Assembly (NCBI GenBank): GCA_028023455.1
Contig: JAQFVV010000002.1
Span: forward strand, 13,144,001 to 13,208,000
Direction of reading: 5' to 3'
From: Epiperipatus broadwayi
Taxonomy: Eukaryota > Animalia > Onychophora
DNA length: 64,000 nt
Shown: positions 1 through 64,000 of the stretch, in pieces
Layout: each line of letters begins with the position of its first letter
How positions within the stretch are numbered: the first letter of the stretch is position 1
Program-made: the position numbers and the translations under genes
The notes under the pieces: model-generated
The model's input: only the letters and a program-made list of their open reading frames with translations
Databases searched by the model: none
What the model was told of the DNA's origin: nothing

Positions 1-262
1 TTGGATCTGAGAGAACTGCACCTAGATCTTAGGATCTAATGCAACCCTCCAGCATGGCTCCTCACTGACGAAGGCCACAAGCCGAAAACTAGTCTGGGGA
101 TATTGGATGAGTAGGCACTAGATAGGGATTTTATGCACAAGCCTTCTGGAATCCATTGATTACTCTAGGTTGCTGTGTGTGACAATACGTATAGTGAGTT
201 TTGCCTGTTTTAACAACAGTTATACACAAACATAAGAAGTGGTGGTCATGTGATGTTTATTG
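1..262 (+). mobile_element. Family A PLE-type pseudo-LTR arm, cut by the window edge
   Basis: Matches the copies at 1703-2089, 40161-40591 and 60385-60590; contains a hammerhead core at 59-100 and GGTCATGTGA at 244-253. Confidence 0.75.
59..100 (+). ncRNA. Minimal type I hammerhead ribozyme motif (family A)
   Basis: UCCUCA CUGACGA A GGC-CACAA-GCC GAAA ACUAGUC UGGGGA; 6-bp stem I, palindromic ACUAGU, GUC site; one extra A. Confidence 0.7.
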
Positions 263-699
263 GCAACCTTTAGATTCTAACCAACCAATAGAATAAATTA
301 GATTTAAAAGTAATTTGCAAGAAATTCTAGAATGAACCAATGAATGTGAGTTGTTATTGTGTTTTGGATTTTAGATAATATAAAAAGACCTTTGATTCTA
401 TGAGCATTTTCATAATCATTAAAGCTTTGGATCATCTACTTGTAGATTCAGGATATTGTTAAATTTTGAAGATGGTGATTCCATATTTTCTAAATTTTTT
501 ACAGCAGTTTTATAAAAATTTATTTTATAAAGTATTATCAACTTATATCTTTCTATATGCATTGATAAAATTATAAAAATTTAAACAAATCCATCTTTCT
601 TATTAACGTTACAATGCTTTGCAACAGTAATAAGAAAGGTGGATTTGTTTAATTTTTTAAATATTTATTTTGCGAATTAAAACAGAAAGCTAAAGAAGT

Positions 700-1445
700 A
701 AATATAAATGGGATTTTTTAAGTCATCTACATTTTACAGATGATGAGGTTGTTTTTGCAGCTAATTTTTCATAATTTTAGGAAATGTTACACGTGTAATC
801 AAAAGAAGGTAAACAATAGAACTAAAAATAACGATTCATTTTTGTGAATGAGAAGAAATTAATAATTACAAATATCTTGTCCAGATTATTAATATATATA
901 AAAACACAATAGATTTAATTAATCATAGAATTAAACATGGATGGAATGCTTTTGATAATAGTTTAATATTTAAAGGATATACATCTATATATTTGGGAAA
1001 AAAAAAGATTTTTAATCTATGCATTTTATTTGATGCTACTTATGGATCTGCGATTTGGACACTAAACAGACTAACAAAACAAACACTTCTGACTACTCGA
1101 TAAAATATGAAGAAATCTACATTAGAAATAAAAAGAAGAGGTCAAACATGAAATATATGGTTGAGAAACCAAACAGATATCTCAGACACCATGGAAAAAA
1201 TTAAAAGACTGAAATGGAGTTAGACTGGACATATTTCTAAAAGAAACGATAATAAATGGAAAGTTGAAGTTTTAAATTGAAACACAAGAAATTGTAAAAG
1301 AGCTAGAGAGAGACCATATGTGACATGCTTAGATGAAATAAGAAATGTTTTCTGGTATGATGTTGAGAAAAAAACTATTGATTGGAGAAATTGAATTTTA
1401 AACTTGAGGTCATCATCCTGCAATGTATCCATAAAATGATTGAAA
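700..1445 (+). mobile_element. Degenerate RTE-clade LINE, 3' fragment
   Basis: Broken frames give FTDDEVVF, INHRIKHGWNAF, TYGSAIWTL and EKIKRLKWS*TGHISKRNDNKW; homologous to 60600-61040. Confidence 0.8.
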
Positions 1446-1702
1446 ATAATAATTGTTGAAGATGATACATATTATATTAATATTATCTGTACATCCAAAC
1501 TAAGTTATACAATTCTAGATTTGCAGTTCTATAGAATAAACTAATTGGTGATAACTGATAGTTGTGCAATTTTGTTAATCAGAAAAATGGATAGAAAAAA
1601 ATCAGTAAACACAAGCATGCTTTTTTTTAAAATTTCAATTGTTTATACTTTTTTTTTAATTTCTTGAAAAAATAATCAAAAAAATGCACTATTTTTGAAT
1701 TT

Positions 1703-2089
1703 AAGCCAATAAACATTATGTGATCACCATTTCTTATGCTTGCTTATAACTGTTATTAAAACAGGCAAAACACTATACGTATTGCCACTAACTGCAAGCT
1801 AAAGTAATCAATGGATGTCAAAAGAAAATCCCCATCTAGTGCCTACTCATCCAATATTCCCAGACTAGTTTCTGGCTTTTGGCCTTCATCAGTGAGGAGA
1901 CAAAGATCTAGGTGCAGTGCTGTCAGATCCAAGACTCCTCACTGACAAAGGCCAAAAGCCAGAAACTAGTCTAAGGATATTGGATGAGTAGGCATTAGAT
2001 GGGAATTTTATGCACAAGCCTTCTGGCATTCATTGATTACTCTAGCTTGCAGTGAGTGGCAATATGTATCGTGAGTTTTGCCTGTTTAA
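1703..2089. mobile_element. Family A hairpin insertion with hammerhead motifs on both strands and a 13-bp TSD
   Basis: TSD TATTTTTGAATTT at 1690-1702 and 2090-2102; inverted arms ~1750-1899 and 1935-2087; hammerhead cores at 1857-1898 (-) and 1936-1977 (+, G8A). Confidence 0.85.
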
Positions 2090-2289
2090 TATTTTTGAAT
2101 TTCTAAATTTAATTCTAATCATATATACATATAGCAACCACTTACAAATAAATATGATCATTTCAATTTCAAGAAAAAATAAGAGGAAAAGAAGCTGTTC
2201 TAAAAATGTGTTTTATAATACAATACAAATCAATCTGTAAAACATAAATATGTCTATATATGGTCCATTTTTTCAGTTTACCTAATCTG

Positions 2290-3420
2290 TTGCAAAATTG
2301 TCTTTTAATTTTTTCAATAGAAAACTTTCTGAAATACTTCAACATCCTATCTAATTGTAGCTCCCCAGTGTATTCTATTCTCTGTCATGTCTTTCCAGTG
2401 GAAACAGTCACCATTGCATTTCTTTAGATGTATTTGAGATAATCCTTATAATGGAGATCTGTCTATGTCTCCCGTGAAAACCATGCTCAAGTTCATTCTA
2501 TAATAACCTTTTAAGAAATCTTGCATTGTTCATTTGATTTACATGTCTAATCTATCAAAGATGTGATTTTACAATAGTGGACTCTAATATTATGTCCAGC
2601 AAGTTGAAGAACATATTGATTAGTATTATGGTCTGGTTATTGTATTTTTCAAATTTTACAGAATATCCTTAAATGAAACTTTTGTAACATTTTTACATCG
2701 AGATGATAGGATATCTAAATCTCATATTCTTACAATAAATTAGATAAAATAACAGCTCTATACACAATTAATTTACTTCCTGGAGTCTTTTTTTTTCTAT
2801 AATAAAGCACTATCTTTTAATATATAGGGTATATGAGCACAAACTTTCACACAACCTATTGCTCATCACTCTATCTCATATCACTTATACACTTGAACAC
2901 CTATATCACCAATATGCATATTTCATGGTAAACTAGCAATCATCAGTTGTTCCAGATTATCATCTCTATACATATATGCAATAAGTACTCAGATATATAT
3001 TAAGATAGCGAATCTTCATACTTTAATGGATAGGCTTCAATCCACTCCACAGCAACAACACATTGGTGTCTGTGTTGTACTTTAACATCGAAGTCCATCT
3101 TTCTACTTATAAAACTACCAAGATATTTAAACTGATTTATATTCTCAGGTTGATATCCATCCAAGCTAAAAAGTTTCTGAGGATTTTTTTTTCTCACTGA
3201 TTGATAAAAAACTTTAGGTTTTTTGAACATTAATTATTAAATCAAAGCACATTCGAAAACATTCATTAAATTCTGTAAATTGTCTTTTGAACTGGCAAAA
3301 ATAGCACAATCATTAGCATACTCTAAACCCAGAATATAAGAAGGTAAAAATCTTACTTTGTCTTTAACCGATTCAATATAAAAATTCCACTATCAAACCT
3401 ATAGTGCATCTTAATTCCTG
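2290..3420 (-). mobile_element. Degenerate RTE LINE interrupted by a family C insertion (~2820-3055)
   Basis: FSLDG...QFKYLGSFIS (ORF 3000..3230), SKLIVYRAVILS and HWKDMTENRIHW are RTE C-terminal motifs. Confidence 0.7.
2820..3055 (-). mobile_element. Family C element with a degenerate hammerhead (2907-2951)
   Basis: Homologous to 9874-10231, 30805-31372 and ~58050-58400; minus strand reads ACAA CUGAUGA UUGCU...ACCAU GAAA UAUGCA UA UUGGUG. Confidence 0.7.
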
Positions 3421-4129
3421 TTTGATTAAGCAGCCTATAAATAGTTACAAAAACAATTTTGTTATTAAAACAAAGAACAATATTGGAAAATCACATACTC
3501 ATGTTTAACACCAGTTTTCATTTTAAATTCCTAAGATTTTCCAGCACTTCCTCTAATATTAATTTGGGCCGCTCTTGTCTTAAAAGTCGCTAATCTTGTG
3601 TTTAGATTTGTAGAGGTCCCTACTATCGCATTTTAGGCACATATTCTTAATATATATTACTTACGTAATGAGTATGCACTTTACACATTATTAATTACAA
3701 CGATAATATTTAATCTTATTTTATCTACGAAATTTAATTTTGTCAAATAATATTTCTAAGTGTTTTATAAAAAGTGCAATTAAAAAGAAATAGAATTTTT
3801 ATTACATAATTTGAAGTTTAAAAAAAAAAAAGGCTTATTTCATTTTTTTAAATTACTACAATTGCCAAATTTTTTGCACTCAGCCATTCTGACGACAAAC
3901 ACTTTAAATCAATTAATTAATGACTATTAATGAACATATTTAAAATGAAAAGTCTAGCAACTATATTTTAGTGAGAAAGAAATAATGTTAAAGTTGTTAA
4001 ATTTTAATTATTTTCATATGATATATTTCGGTATTTGTAATCAAAATAGTCAAGAAAGTATTTGTGCGTGATATATAAATAAGATAGCATAAATAATGTT
4101 AAGCACATTTTTATAATATCAGCTTTTAA

Positions 4130-4570
4130 TATGGGATTTCTGGGGAAGAGGGATAGATAGAATAAATAATTGGTTTACATCTATCCAATCATCAACTGGC
4201 TGTCGTCAAAGCGCATCTCCCTCAACATTTATCTGCACTTCCAATTCTATTTACATTTTATAATCGATGTCATTAGCAGGACAATCTCTTGGAATCCAAC
4301 TTTAATCTCTTTAACAATATGTCTAGTTCCGTTTCATTTTAGTCATTTAATTCTTTTCATGATGTCAATAGATATTTGTTCTCTTGTCCGTGAATTTCGT
4401 TTTTGATCTCTTTTTATTACTCTCTTAACATTTATCTCTCCATACTGTGTTGAGTAGTCTGATGTCTCTCTATTGTGACTATCTCATGTACATAAATAAA
4501 AACTGTTAAAACATATCTATTAAAAACTTTTTCCAAACAAATAGGCATATTTCCTATTAAAAGGAAATAC
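4130..4570 (-). mobile_element. Degenerate RTE LINE fragment
   Basis: Reverse complement is homologous to the RTE at 700-1445 and 60600-61040. Confidence 0.7.
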
Positions 4571-5329
4571 ATATATATAAATTAAAATTTTCATTTTATT
4601 CATTAGTATGACATGTTATTCAAATCAATACATCCAGAAGACTTAGAAATTGTGATGTAGTATATATTTTAATCTGAGATTATCTCATCAGGGTGAAATT
4701 AAAGTATATGAACAATTAAAAAAAGTTCTTAGGAAGATATTAGAAATTGTTTTAAGAATATGGGTTGACAAAATTACCTTCTCACTATTGTTTCACTCCC
4801 AACTATTTCTTCACAGCTTTTTATTTCAAGTTTTCCATTTTATAATGATTTAGAAAATGTTTTATTTTCTCAAGTTTTGATTTTTCATGTGTATTTTTTG
4901 GAGAGTATTGTCTGATTTGAGTGATTTTCATCTATTCTTGCAATATTTAAGTCTACTCTATTTTAGCTTTTTAATCTTGAAAAATTCATGATTTATTGAT
5001 TTATTTTTATAGTTTTTATTTCTTTGCCAACAACAATTATTTTTATTTGTCTATGCTAATACTAATCTTTGCTATGTGAGTCTATGTTCTACATAAAGAC
5101 AGAGTAAATTGACTTGTCAAGAATAATACAGGTGAGAAATAGTCTTTTCTTGTTAACAATTAGAGTTTATCATTCATTATCATTTTTAGCTAGTATCAAG
5201 CCACTGAACTAAAAAAATCTCTCCAAGTTTAATGCAGTTTATTTAATATCTACCCTTTCTTCTTCGCAATATATCAGAAAACTTCCTTATTTCATCCATT
5301 CATCACATATGTAGTCTTTTTAGGTCTTT

Positions 5330-5900
5330 TACAGTGTCTTTGAATCCCATTTAAAATTTCATCTAGTCTTCTATTATCATTTCTTCTAGCAATATAACCA
5401 GCCCAGTTCCATATTAGTTTTTTAATTTTTTCAATGATGTCAGTTTATTCTCTTCATTTTTGATCTTTGCTTATTACTCTTAATACAAATCTCTTTATTT
5501 TAAGACAGTAGTTTGAAGTCGGTAAATTGGTTTTCTGTTAAATAATCAAATCTCAGATCTATAAGTAAGAATTAATAAAAGATATTTTTTAAAAACCTTT
5601 GTTTTTAATCATATTTGTTTTTTCATATTAATTTATTTACATCAAAAGCATTTCATTCAAGTTTAATTCTACGATTAATTTCATTCACTATGTTTCCCTA
5701 TGCATTAATAATCTGATTCGTGATTACTAATCTTTATTTTCTTCTACTAAGGAAAGGCTTTGAACATTACTTTAGCTTTTTAGCATTTATATTTAGTCCT
5801 ACTTTCTTATTTTAATCTGATAACTTTTGCAACATTTTCCAATCAACCACATTATTTTCAAAATCTAAATGTTTTATGTACACATTTATACCAGACAGTG
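5330..5900 (-). mobile_element. Degenerate RTE LINE fragment
   Basis: Reverse complement encodes NEINRRIKLE*NAF and matches the 3' region of the other RTE copies. Confidence 0.65.
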
Positions 5901-6595
5901 AGATCAATTGGTTCAGCAAAATATCTCATAAATCAAAAACCTTGAATAAAAAATAAGCAATTATAATGAGTTCACATAAGAAAAAAAATAATGTTTACCT
6001 TTAATTCAAAATATATAAAAACTTGATTAAAAATAAATAAAGCTTAAAATTAAAAAAATGTTAAATAATGAATAAACATTTTACTAAGCATATTATTAAT
6101 AAATAAAAAAGTACTAACCTGTAGGTAAATACCCATTTCAGTATCTGTATTTTTTTTTAAAGAATTGTAATTTCTTTATTATGGTCTGCCATTTTGCTTC
6201 TTATGTAGCCAGAATATAATATTTTTAGAAACGTGATTAATTAAATTAAAATAAAGCATGTAGGAAAAAAAATTAAGTTATCACAATGTACATTTTAAAT
6301 TTTCATTGTCAATGCACTTTAGGTTTTATTATCAATGTTTTTTTATTTTTATAATTTCTAACCAATAAGATCTTGAATTTTTATTTGCAGTACTGTATAT
6401 TTTTTTAAAGAAATAGTTTATAAATTTATTTTATATAAACGCAATCAAAGTTGATTGTTGTAGTTTTAATAATATAAATGATAAATGATTAATTTATTTG
6501 TTTTGCCGATACTAATTTTTTTTATGTATTGTGATAAATGTCTTTATTTTAAAATGTCAGAAACAAAGTACAAGATTACTGGTTTAAAATTGAAT

Positions 6596-7070
6596 TGTTT
6601 TTATAACTTACAAGCTTAAGAGATAGGGTCACATGATCTATGACTCTTATTTTGACTATTTATTGTCTCTGCCATAAGTCTTATGCAATTTTATATTGCT
6701 AAGACTACTAATATATGGTATGGCTGAAGATCTATCAGCCCCATATAGCTATTTGAGTTGGATAGCTGGGTTTGAAGATGTACATATCTGAAAATTTCAG
6801 ATTTTCCACTCAATAGGTAACTTTTAGTTAAATGCTTGGCTTTGGGTTGGTATTTTTAGATCTAGTGTCTGAACCTACCCTGACACTTCTCTGAGGAGTA
6901 CCATGGGCAGGGGTTTGGGGAGGGGTTTCTGACAGAGATATTTTAAGTGCTGGCTCTGGCTAAGCATTTATCATAAAGCTTGTAGAAGAATTGGCAATCC
7001 TCATTGTTTTTATAACTTACAAGCTTAAGAGATAGGGTCACATGATCTATGACTCTTATTTTGACTATTT
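6596..7070 (+). repeat. 409-bp unit bounded by 66-bp direct repeats; distant relative of family B
   Basis: TTGTTTTTATAACTTACAAGC...GACTATTT at 6596-6661 and 7005-7070; 6690-6860 aligns with the reverse complement of 55490-55670. Confidence 0.8.
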
Positions 7071-7679
7071 TTAACTCAAGTTTAGTAACCTTTGATCATA
7101 TAAATTAGTTGCATAATGCACTTTTTTTCCTCTCAAAATAATGTACAATTATGATGATTGTATTTTACAATTGTAATGATCACCATATTTTTAGTTGCAA
7201 GCAAAATAATGTTTATAAGAATTTTAATCCAAAATTGAATATATTTTACCAAATGTACACACATTTTAAAATTTATTACTAATATATTTTGTATATGATC
7301 AAAGTATGTTTTTGATTATATACTACATTGTATGAAATGCAATTTTTTGTTTTTTGCCTTTATAGTCATTTATAATGAAAATGTTTATTTTGGATATATA
7401 AATTAAAGCATTGGTTATTTTACAAGTATACTGGATAAAAATTAGATAAGTATATTAACCATATTTTAATTTTATAATTACTGTATTATCCTTGGATGAT
7501 GAAATTTTGATCACTATCTTATGACATTCTTTTACCTTATAAAATGGCTACCATTTTTTAAAAAATGGGAGATATTTTTTTAAAAAAAGCCTTGAATTTT
7601 TTGTAAAGATTGTTATAATAAATAACTAATTGTAAATCAAAATAGTGTGAGTAAATTGATGATGATTGTTATGGCAAAT

Positions 7680-7930
7680 CCTCAAATAAAAGTTCTTCAT
7701 ATATCAGGATAAAGGTGTAATCTCTATGTACTTTTACTTTCTTAGTTTCCCATTTTAATTCACAAAATACTTCTTATAAAACAGCTGTAATCAGTTTTGA
7801 ACACATGGAATTATTCTGAGTCACACTTTTCTCAATGTTAATCTTCTTAGTATCATCATGTAAATTAATCACTGTTATGGTTTTCTTCAGAATATAATAA
7901 TATCCTGGGTCTGCATGTTGATGGTACAAA
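7680..7930 (-). mobile_element. RTE reverse transcriptase remnant
   Basis: INLHDDTKKINIEKSVTQNNSMCSKLITAVL*EVFCELKWE resembles the RTE IxIxRGVRQGDxISPKLF block. Confidence 0.6.
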
Positions 7931-9873
7931 GCTTTAATTACAGTGAAAATAGTTATAGAAACAAATATCTTTTAATAAAATTCTAAGTCCAATGGCAAGT
8001 CATATTCATGGGGCTTTTCTATAATTGTTTTTTCAATATTTCATGTTATCTATTGTGTTATCTATTGTGCTAAAACTATTTTTAATAATATTTCTCATTA
8101 ATGATGATAGTGTACCATTATTTGTCATAATTTTTTCTAGCATTTCAATATATTGAATTTATATTATAAACTTTAATGTGATCATCATATAACTGAAATA
8201 TACAATCTGTTGAAACTGCTTTATGTAAATATTATCACAACTTTACATTAACTTATTTAAAGTCCAATTCCTTCAACTCTTATTTGAAAGGCATTAGTGA
8301 TAAATTTTGGTTTTATTTTCTCATTATGTATTGCATTGTAATATTGTCTATTCAGAAATATTAGTGTACAAAATATTTCTTATTACATTTCCATTTTTAA
8401 AATGAAAATGAATTTTAGTTGTGACATCTTAAAATAAAATTAGTCTTATAATTCAAAATTAAACTTCTTATTAAAATTTCTCAAAAAGATTTATTCACCA
8501 GTATGTAGAAAAAGCATTCTTATTAGCCAGAAAACAAACAGTTTTTGCTTTACCATAATTATATTTTTATGACTTATCTTTTTAAAAACAAATATTTTTA
8601 AATAAAATGTTAATTGTTGTCATATAGTTTTTGGTTTAAAATAAATATTTTAAAAATATGTTGCATAAATAAGCTTAAATATGTAAATAAATTACTGAAA
8701 ATTACAATTTTTATTTTATAAATAATAAAACACATTTTGAATGCCCAGAGCCAAATAATCTACTATTCAGTGTTGCTGTCAATTTCTTTATATGATGATA
8801 TAACCAATCAGACATTGTCAGCTAGTTTAAAATTCAAATTTACATATATATATATATATGATATTTGTATAAAGTCTGAATGATATTGACATCTTTAGAT
8901 TTTTTTTAATTAATAATTTTAGAAATGATTTCTATGCAAAAAATGTCAACTAATGTTATATTTAACCACAAAATAATGAAAAAAACTGAATGCAACAGCA
9001 GTGCCATAATAATGCTTCAAATGTTTCAAAATTTGTGACAAAGACACTAACTTTTCCCAAGCATATTAAAATAGATAAATGGCACTAGTTAAATTTTTTT
9101 TAAAAATACTTATCATCACTTATAATCATTATCAGTCTTTTATAGCTTATTTTATATCCATAGTATCTCCTTACATAACTTTAATGAATATTTTTATTTC
9201 ATCTACTGATCTTATATATGGTCTTTTAAAAAATATATATTAAAACTTTTAAATATACTATTATGATTATCAAATGTACTATTATTAATTTGTTTTTTTT
9301 TTAAGTAAAATAGTGGATATTGCATATTTTTAAAAAAATTAATTTTAACAAGCCTCTAAAAAAATATGGTTTTATCAAATATGTAGCATTGATAAAATAA
9401 ACCAATTCACAGAATAACCAAAAACATCACTATCATAACTTAGAATCCAAATTCCCAAAGAATTATTTAAATGAACTTGTAAATGATGCCCCTTTCTTAT
9501 ATCAATGTTAATTTATTTTTTATCTAATAAATAGATTGGCATTGATATAAAAAAAAGGGGCTATACACAAAAATTTAGTTTTATTATTTTTCCCCAATAA
9601 TTATTAATATTTTCTTCCTCACATATATATTGGTTATCTACTCAATGATGAGTTCATCTATCTAGATAAGAATGGAATATCACCAAAGAAGAATCCTAAT
9701 GATATTTTGCTGCTGTCATTACTATATTCTTCAAATATCTTATCACATTATGTTTGGCCAAATTATTTAAAGAAAATAGAATGATGAGAAATTTAGAAAG
9801 ATTTTTCAAATTAGGATTCATTTTATTAATACTGAAAAAAAAACATTCAATAAAATAAATAGAACTATTTGTT

Positions 9874-10231
9874 ATATGAGCACAGACTTTCACACAACCA
9901 CCACTCTCCACTCTATCTAATAACACTGTTACACCCAAACACATATATGCCGAAAAGATAAATAATCACCAATATACACATTTCATGCTAAACCAGCAAT
10001 CATCAGTTAGTCCAGACTATCATCTTTACACACATATACAGTAACTGATGATTTCTGTTTTAGCATGAAATACATATATTGGTGATTATTTATCTTTTCG
10101 GCATATATGTGTTTGGTTGTATCAGTGTTATTAGATAGAGTGGAGAGTGGTGGGTTGTGTGAAAGTCTGTGCTCATATACCCTATATTACATATATATAG
10201 ACACAGGTATATAACAAGCCTGTGTTTCAGT
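9874..10231. mobile_element. Family C hairpin insertion with hammerheads on both strands and a 14-bp TSD
   Basis: TSD TAGAACTATTTGTT at 9860-9873 and 10232-10245; arms 9874-10010 and 10042-10178; unpaired tail 10179-10231. Confidence 0.85.
9968..10011 (-). ncRNA. Type I hammerhead ribozyme motif (family C)
   Basis: ACUAA CUGAUGA U-UGCU-GGUUU-AGCA-U GAAA UGUGUA UA UUGGU; 5-bp stem I, self-complementary stem III AUGUGUAU, AUA site. Confidence 0.65.
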
Positions 10232-10569
10232 TAGAACTATTTGTTGTATATTTTCAAGAGAAATGTTATGGATTGCAAAAAATTACTATTTGAAATTAAA
10301 AAAATATAAGATTAAAAGATGTTGTAGAAAAGATAAATATAGGGAGAGAATAAACCAAGGACATTGTCTATCTTTTATTGATTTCAAAATGCAATCATTT
10401 CATTATATGGCTAAGATGTAAAAATTGCTAGTAATTATATTATACTGATTGTTATTATTAATATTAATATATATTATTTCTTTTAAATTTATTCTGATAA
10501 TATATTTTATATAAAATTTAAATTAAAACTTATAATGCTGTTATCTTTTTTTAAAAAATGTATATATAG

Positions 10570-62838
<52,269 letters not shown>

Positions 62839-63302
62839 CATTATTCATCACTTACAACAGACATAAATTAAAACATTTAGTAAATCTATTTTTTGTAAAT
62901 ACTCATGTCCAACAAGTGATTAGCTGTGATTGAAAACTTTTCCATTAACGTTTTAGTAAAAATACCTTTTTTAAAATTGTACATTAAAGATCATCTATTT
63001 TTTCTCCCTTTCATAAAATACTGACTGAATCTATTAGAAATATGTTTATTATAATACAAATTGTACTAGTAAAACCCCACAATGTAACTTGAATATTTTA
63101 AACAAAAAAATTGGTATGAAAGTTTGTTTACTTGCATTCTTCTATTATCAAACTTCCTGAATAAAAAAAATGCTTCCATTCAGTTTAGCTTACATTAAAA
63201 GTAGATTTATTTTTATTTAGATAAACAAAAATGAATATTTTAATTATAAGAATTAGATTATAAAAATCAGAAATTTTACTTTAGATTTAGAAAGAATCTA
63301 TG

Positions 63303-63409
63303 TCATTAGATCGGAAGTCGAACTCTGATAATGTGCTATTTGAGTGGGCAGAGATTTATAATATTTAAAGTAATAGCGCATTTTCGGAGTTCGACTTCCG
63401 ATCTAATGA
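63303..63409. repeat. MITE-like hairpin with 23-bp perfect inverted repeats
   Basis: TCATTAGATCGGAAGTCGAACTC (63303-63325) and its reverse complement (63387-63409). Confidence 0.75.
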
Positions 63410-64000
63410 TTTCAAGATTTTCAGCGCTTTATAATAATAGATAAACAATCTATATTTAACTGAAAAATTAATATCAATCAAACAAAAAGTATATAATTTA
63501 ATTTTTCTCCCATTATTAAAATAGTCACATAGCTGTTAGTATTTAAACAAATAATACTTATATAAATGTTCTTTATTGAAGAAAGCATGAAAAAATTAAA
63601 GTATTCTCATAATAATAAGACCAATTTATTGATGCTATTAATATTCATAATAATGTACTGCTGCTTATCTTTTAAAACAATTTATTTTACTGGTTATTCA
63701 TTCTTGATAAACATTTGATTATAATTATTTATATCATTAGAATATGTACATATATTGTATTATTATTGCAGTAATATTTTAATGTATTAATATTATTTCT
63801 ATGTTCACACCTTCCACACTAAAATAATATATATATATTCTCATGTATTACTGGCTATTTGTAACATAGTAGAGTCAATACATATGTAAACATTAAAATC
63901 ATAAAGCTAAACTAGTCAATAAAATAATCAAAATTACCCTAAATTTACAACTAAACCAGACTAGCCAAAGAAAATAAACCACAGCCAATGGTTTCACTGT

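Noticed and set aside
4655-4697. Minus-strand CUGAUGA-GAU...AUU-AAAAU hammerhead-like string
   Set aside because: The GAAA half is mutated, no stem I can be formed, and I saw no second copy.
6110-6230. Possible minus-strand micro-exon (ag...CTACAG|gttagt)
   Set aside because: Splice-like signals only; no partner exons or recognisable peptide.
1-10569. Upstream CYP4 exons
   Set aside because: No segment with CYP4 N-terminal or G-helix motifs and suitable splice sites was found; they probably lie before the window.

Overview
A very AT-rich, intron-dominated eukaryotic window, probably from an arthropod (inference). The only host gene I can support is the 3' half of a + strand cytochrome P450 of the CYP4 clan. 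Six spliced exons (10570-62838) join in frame to give the I-helix EVNTFMFEGHDTT, the K-helix EVFR, the meander PDRF and the heme motif [10 protein letters not shown]; I found no upstream exons in the window. The introns and flanks are full of decayed transposons: RTE LINEs, two Ty3/Gypsy relics plus a probable solo LTR, an L1/Tx1-like 3' end, two hAT (Buster/Charlie) elements with 8-bp target-site duplications (TSDs), and a retroposed tRNA-Gly. The most striking signal is not explained by the ORF track. About ten short insertions from at least six unrelated sequence families share one geometry: 9-16 bp TSD, unpaired tail, long inverted repeat, TSD. Five of these families carry minimal type I hammerhead ribozyme cores (CUGANGA-stem II-GAAA-palindromic stem III), some degenerate. 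There is also a tandem pair of hammerheads bounding a ~375-nt unit (retrozyme-like), an apparently intact sense-strand hammerhead ~220 nt upstream of the last CYP4 exon, and one hairpin insertion headed by a tRNA-like Pol III promoter. Penelope-type GIY-YIG endonuclease and RT relics in the same window point to Penelope-like elements (PLEs) as the mobiliser. All alignments and folds were done by eye, and repeat boundaries are approximate unless a TSD defines them.
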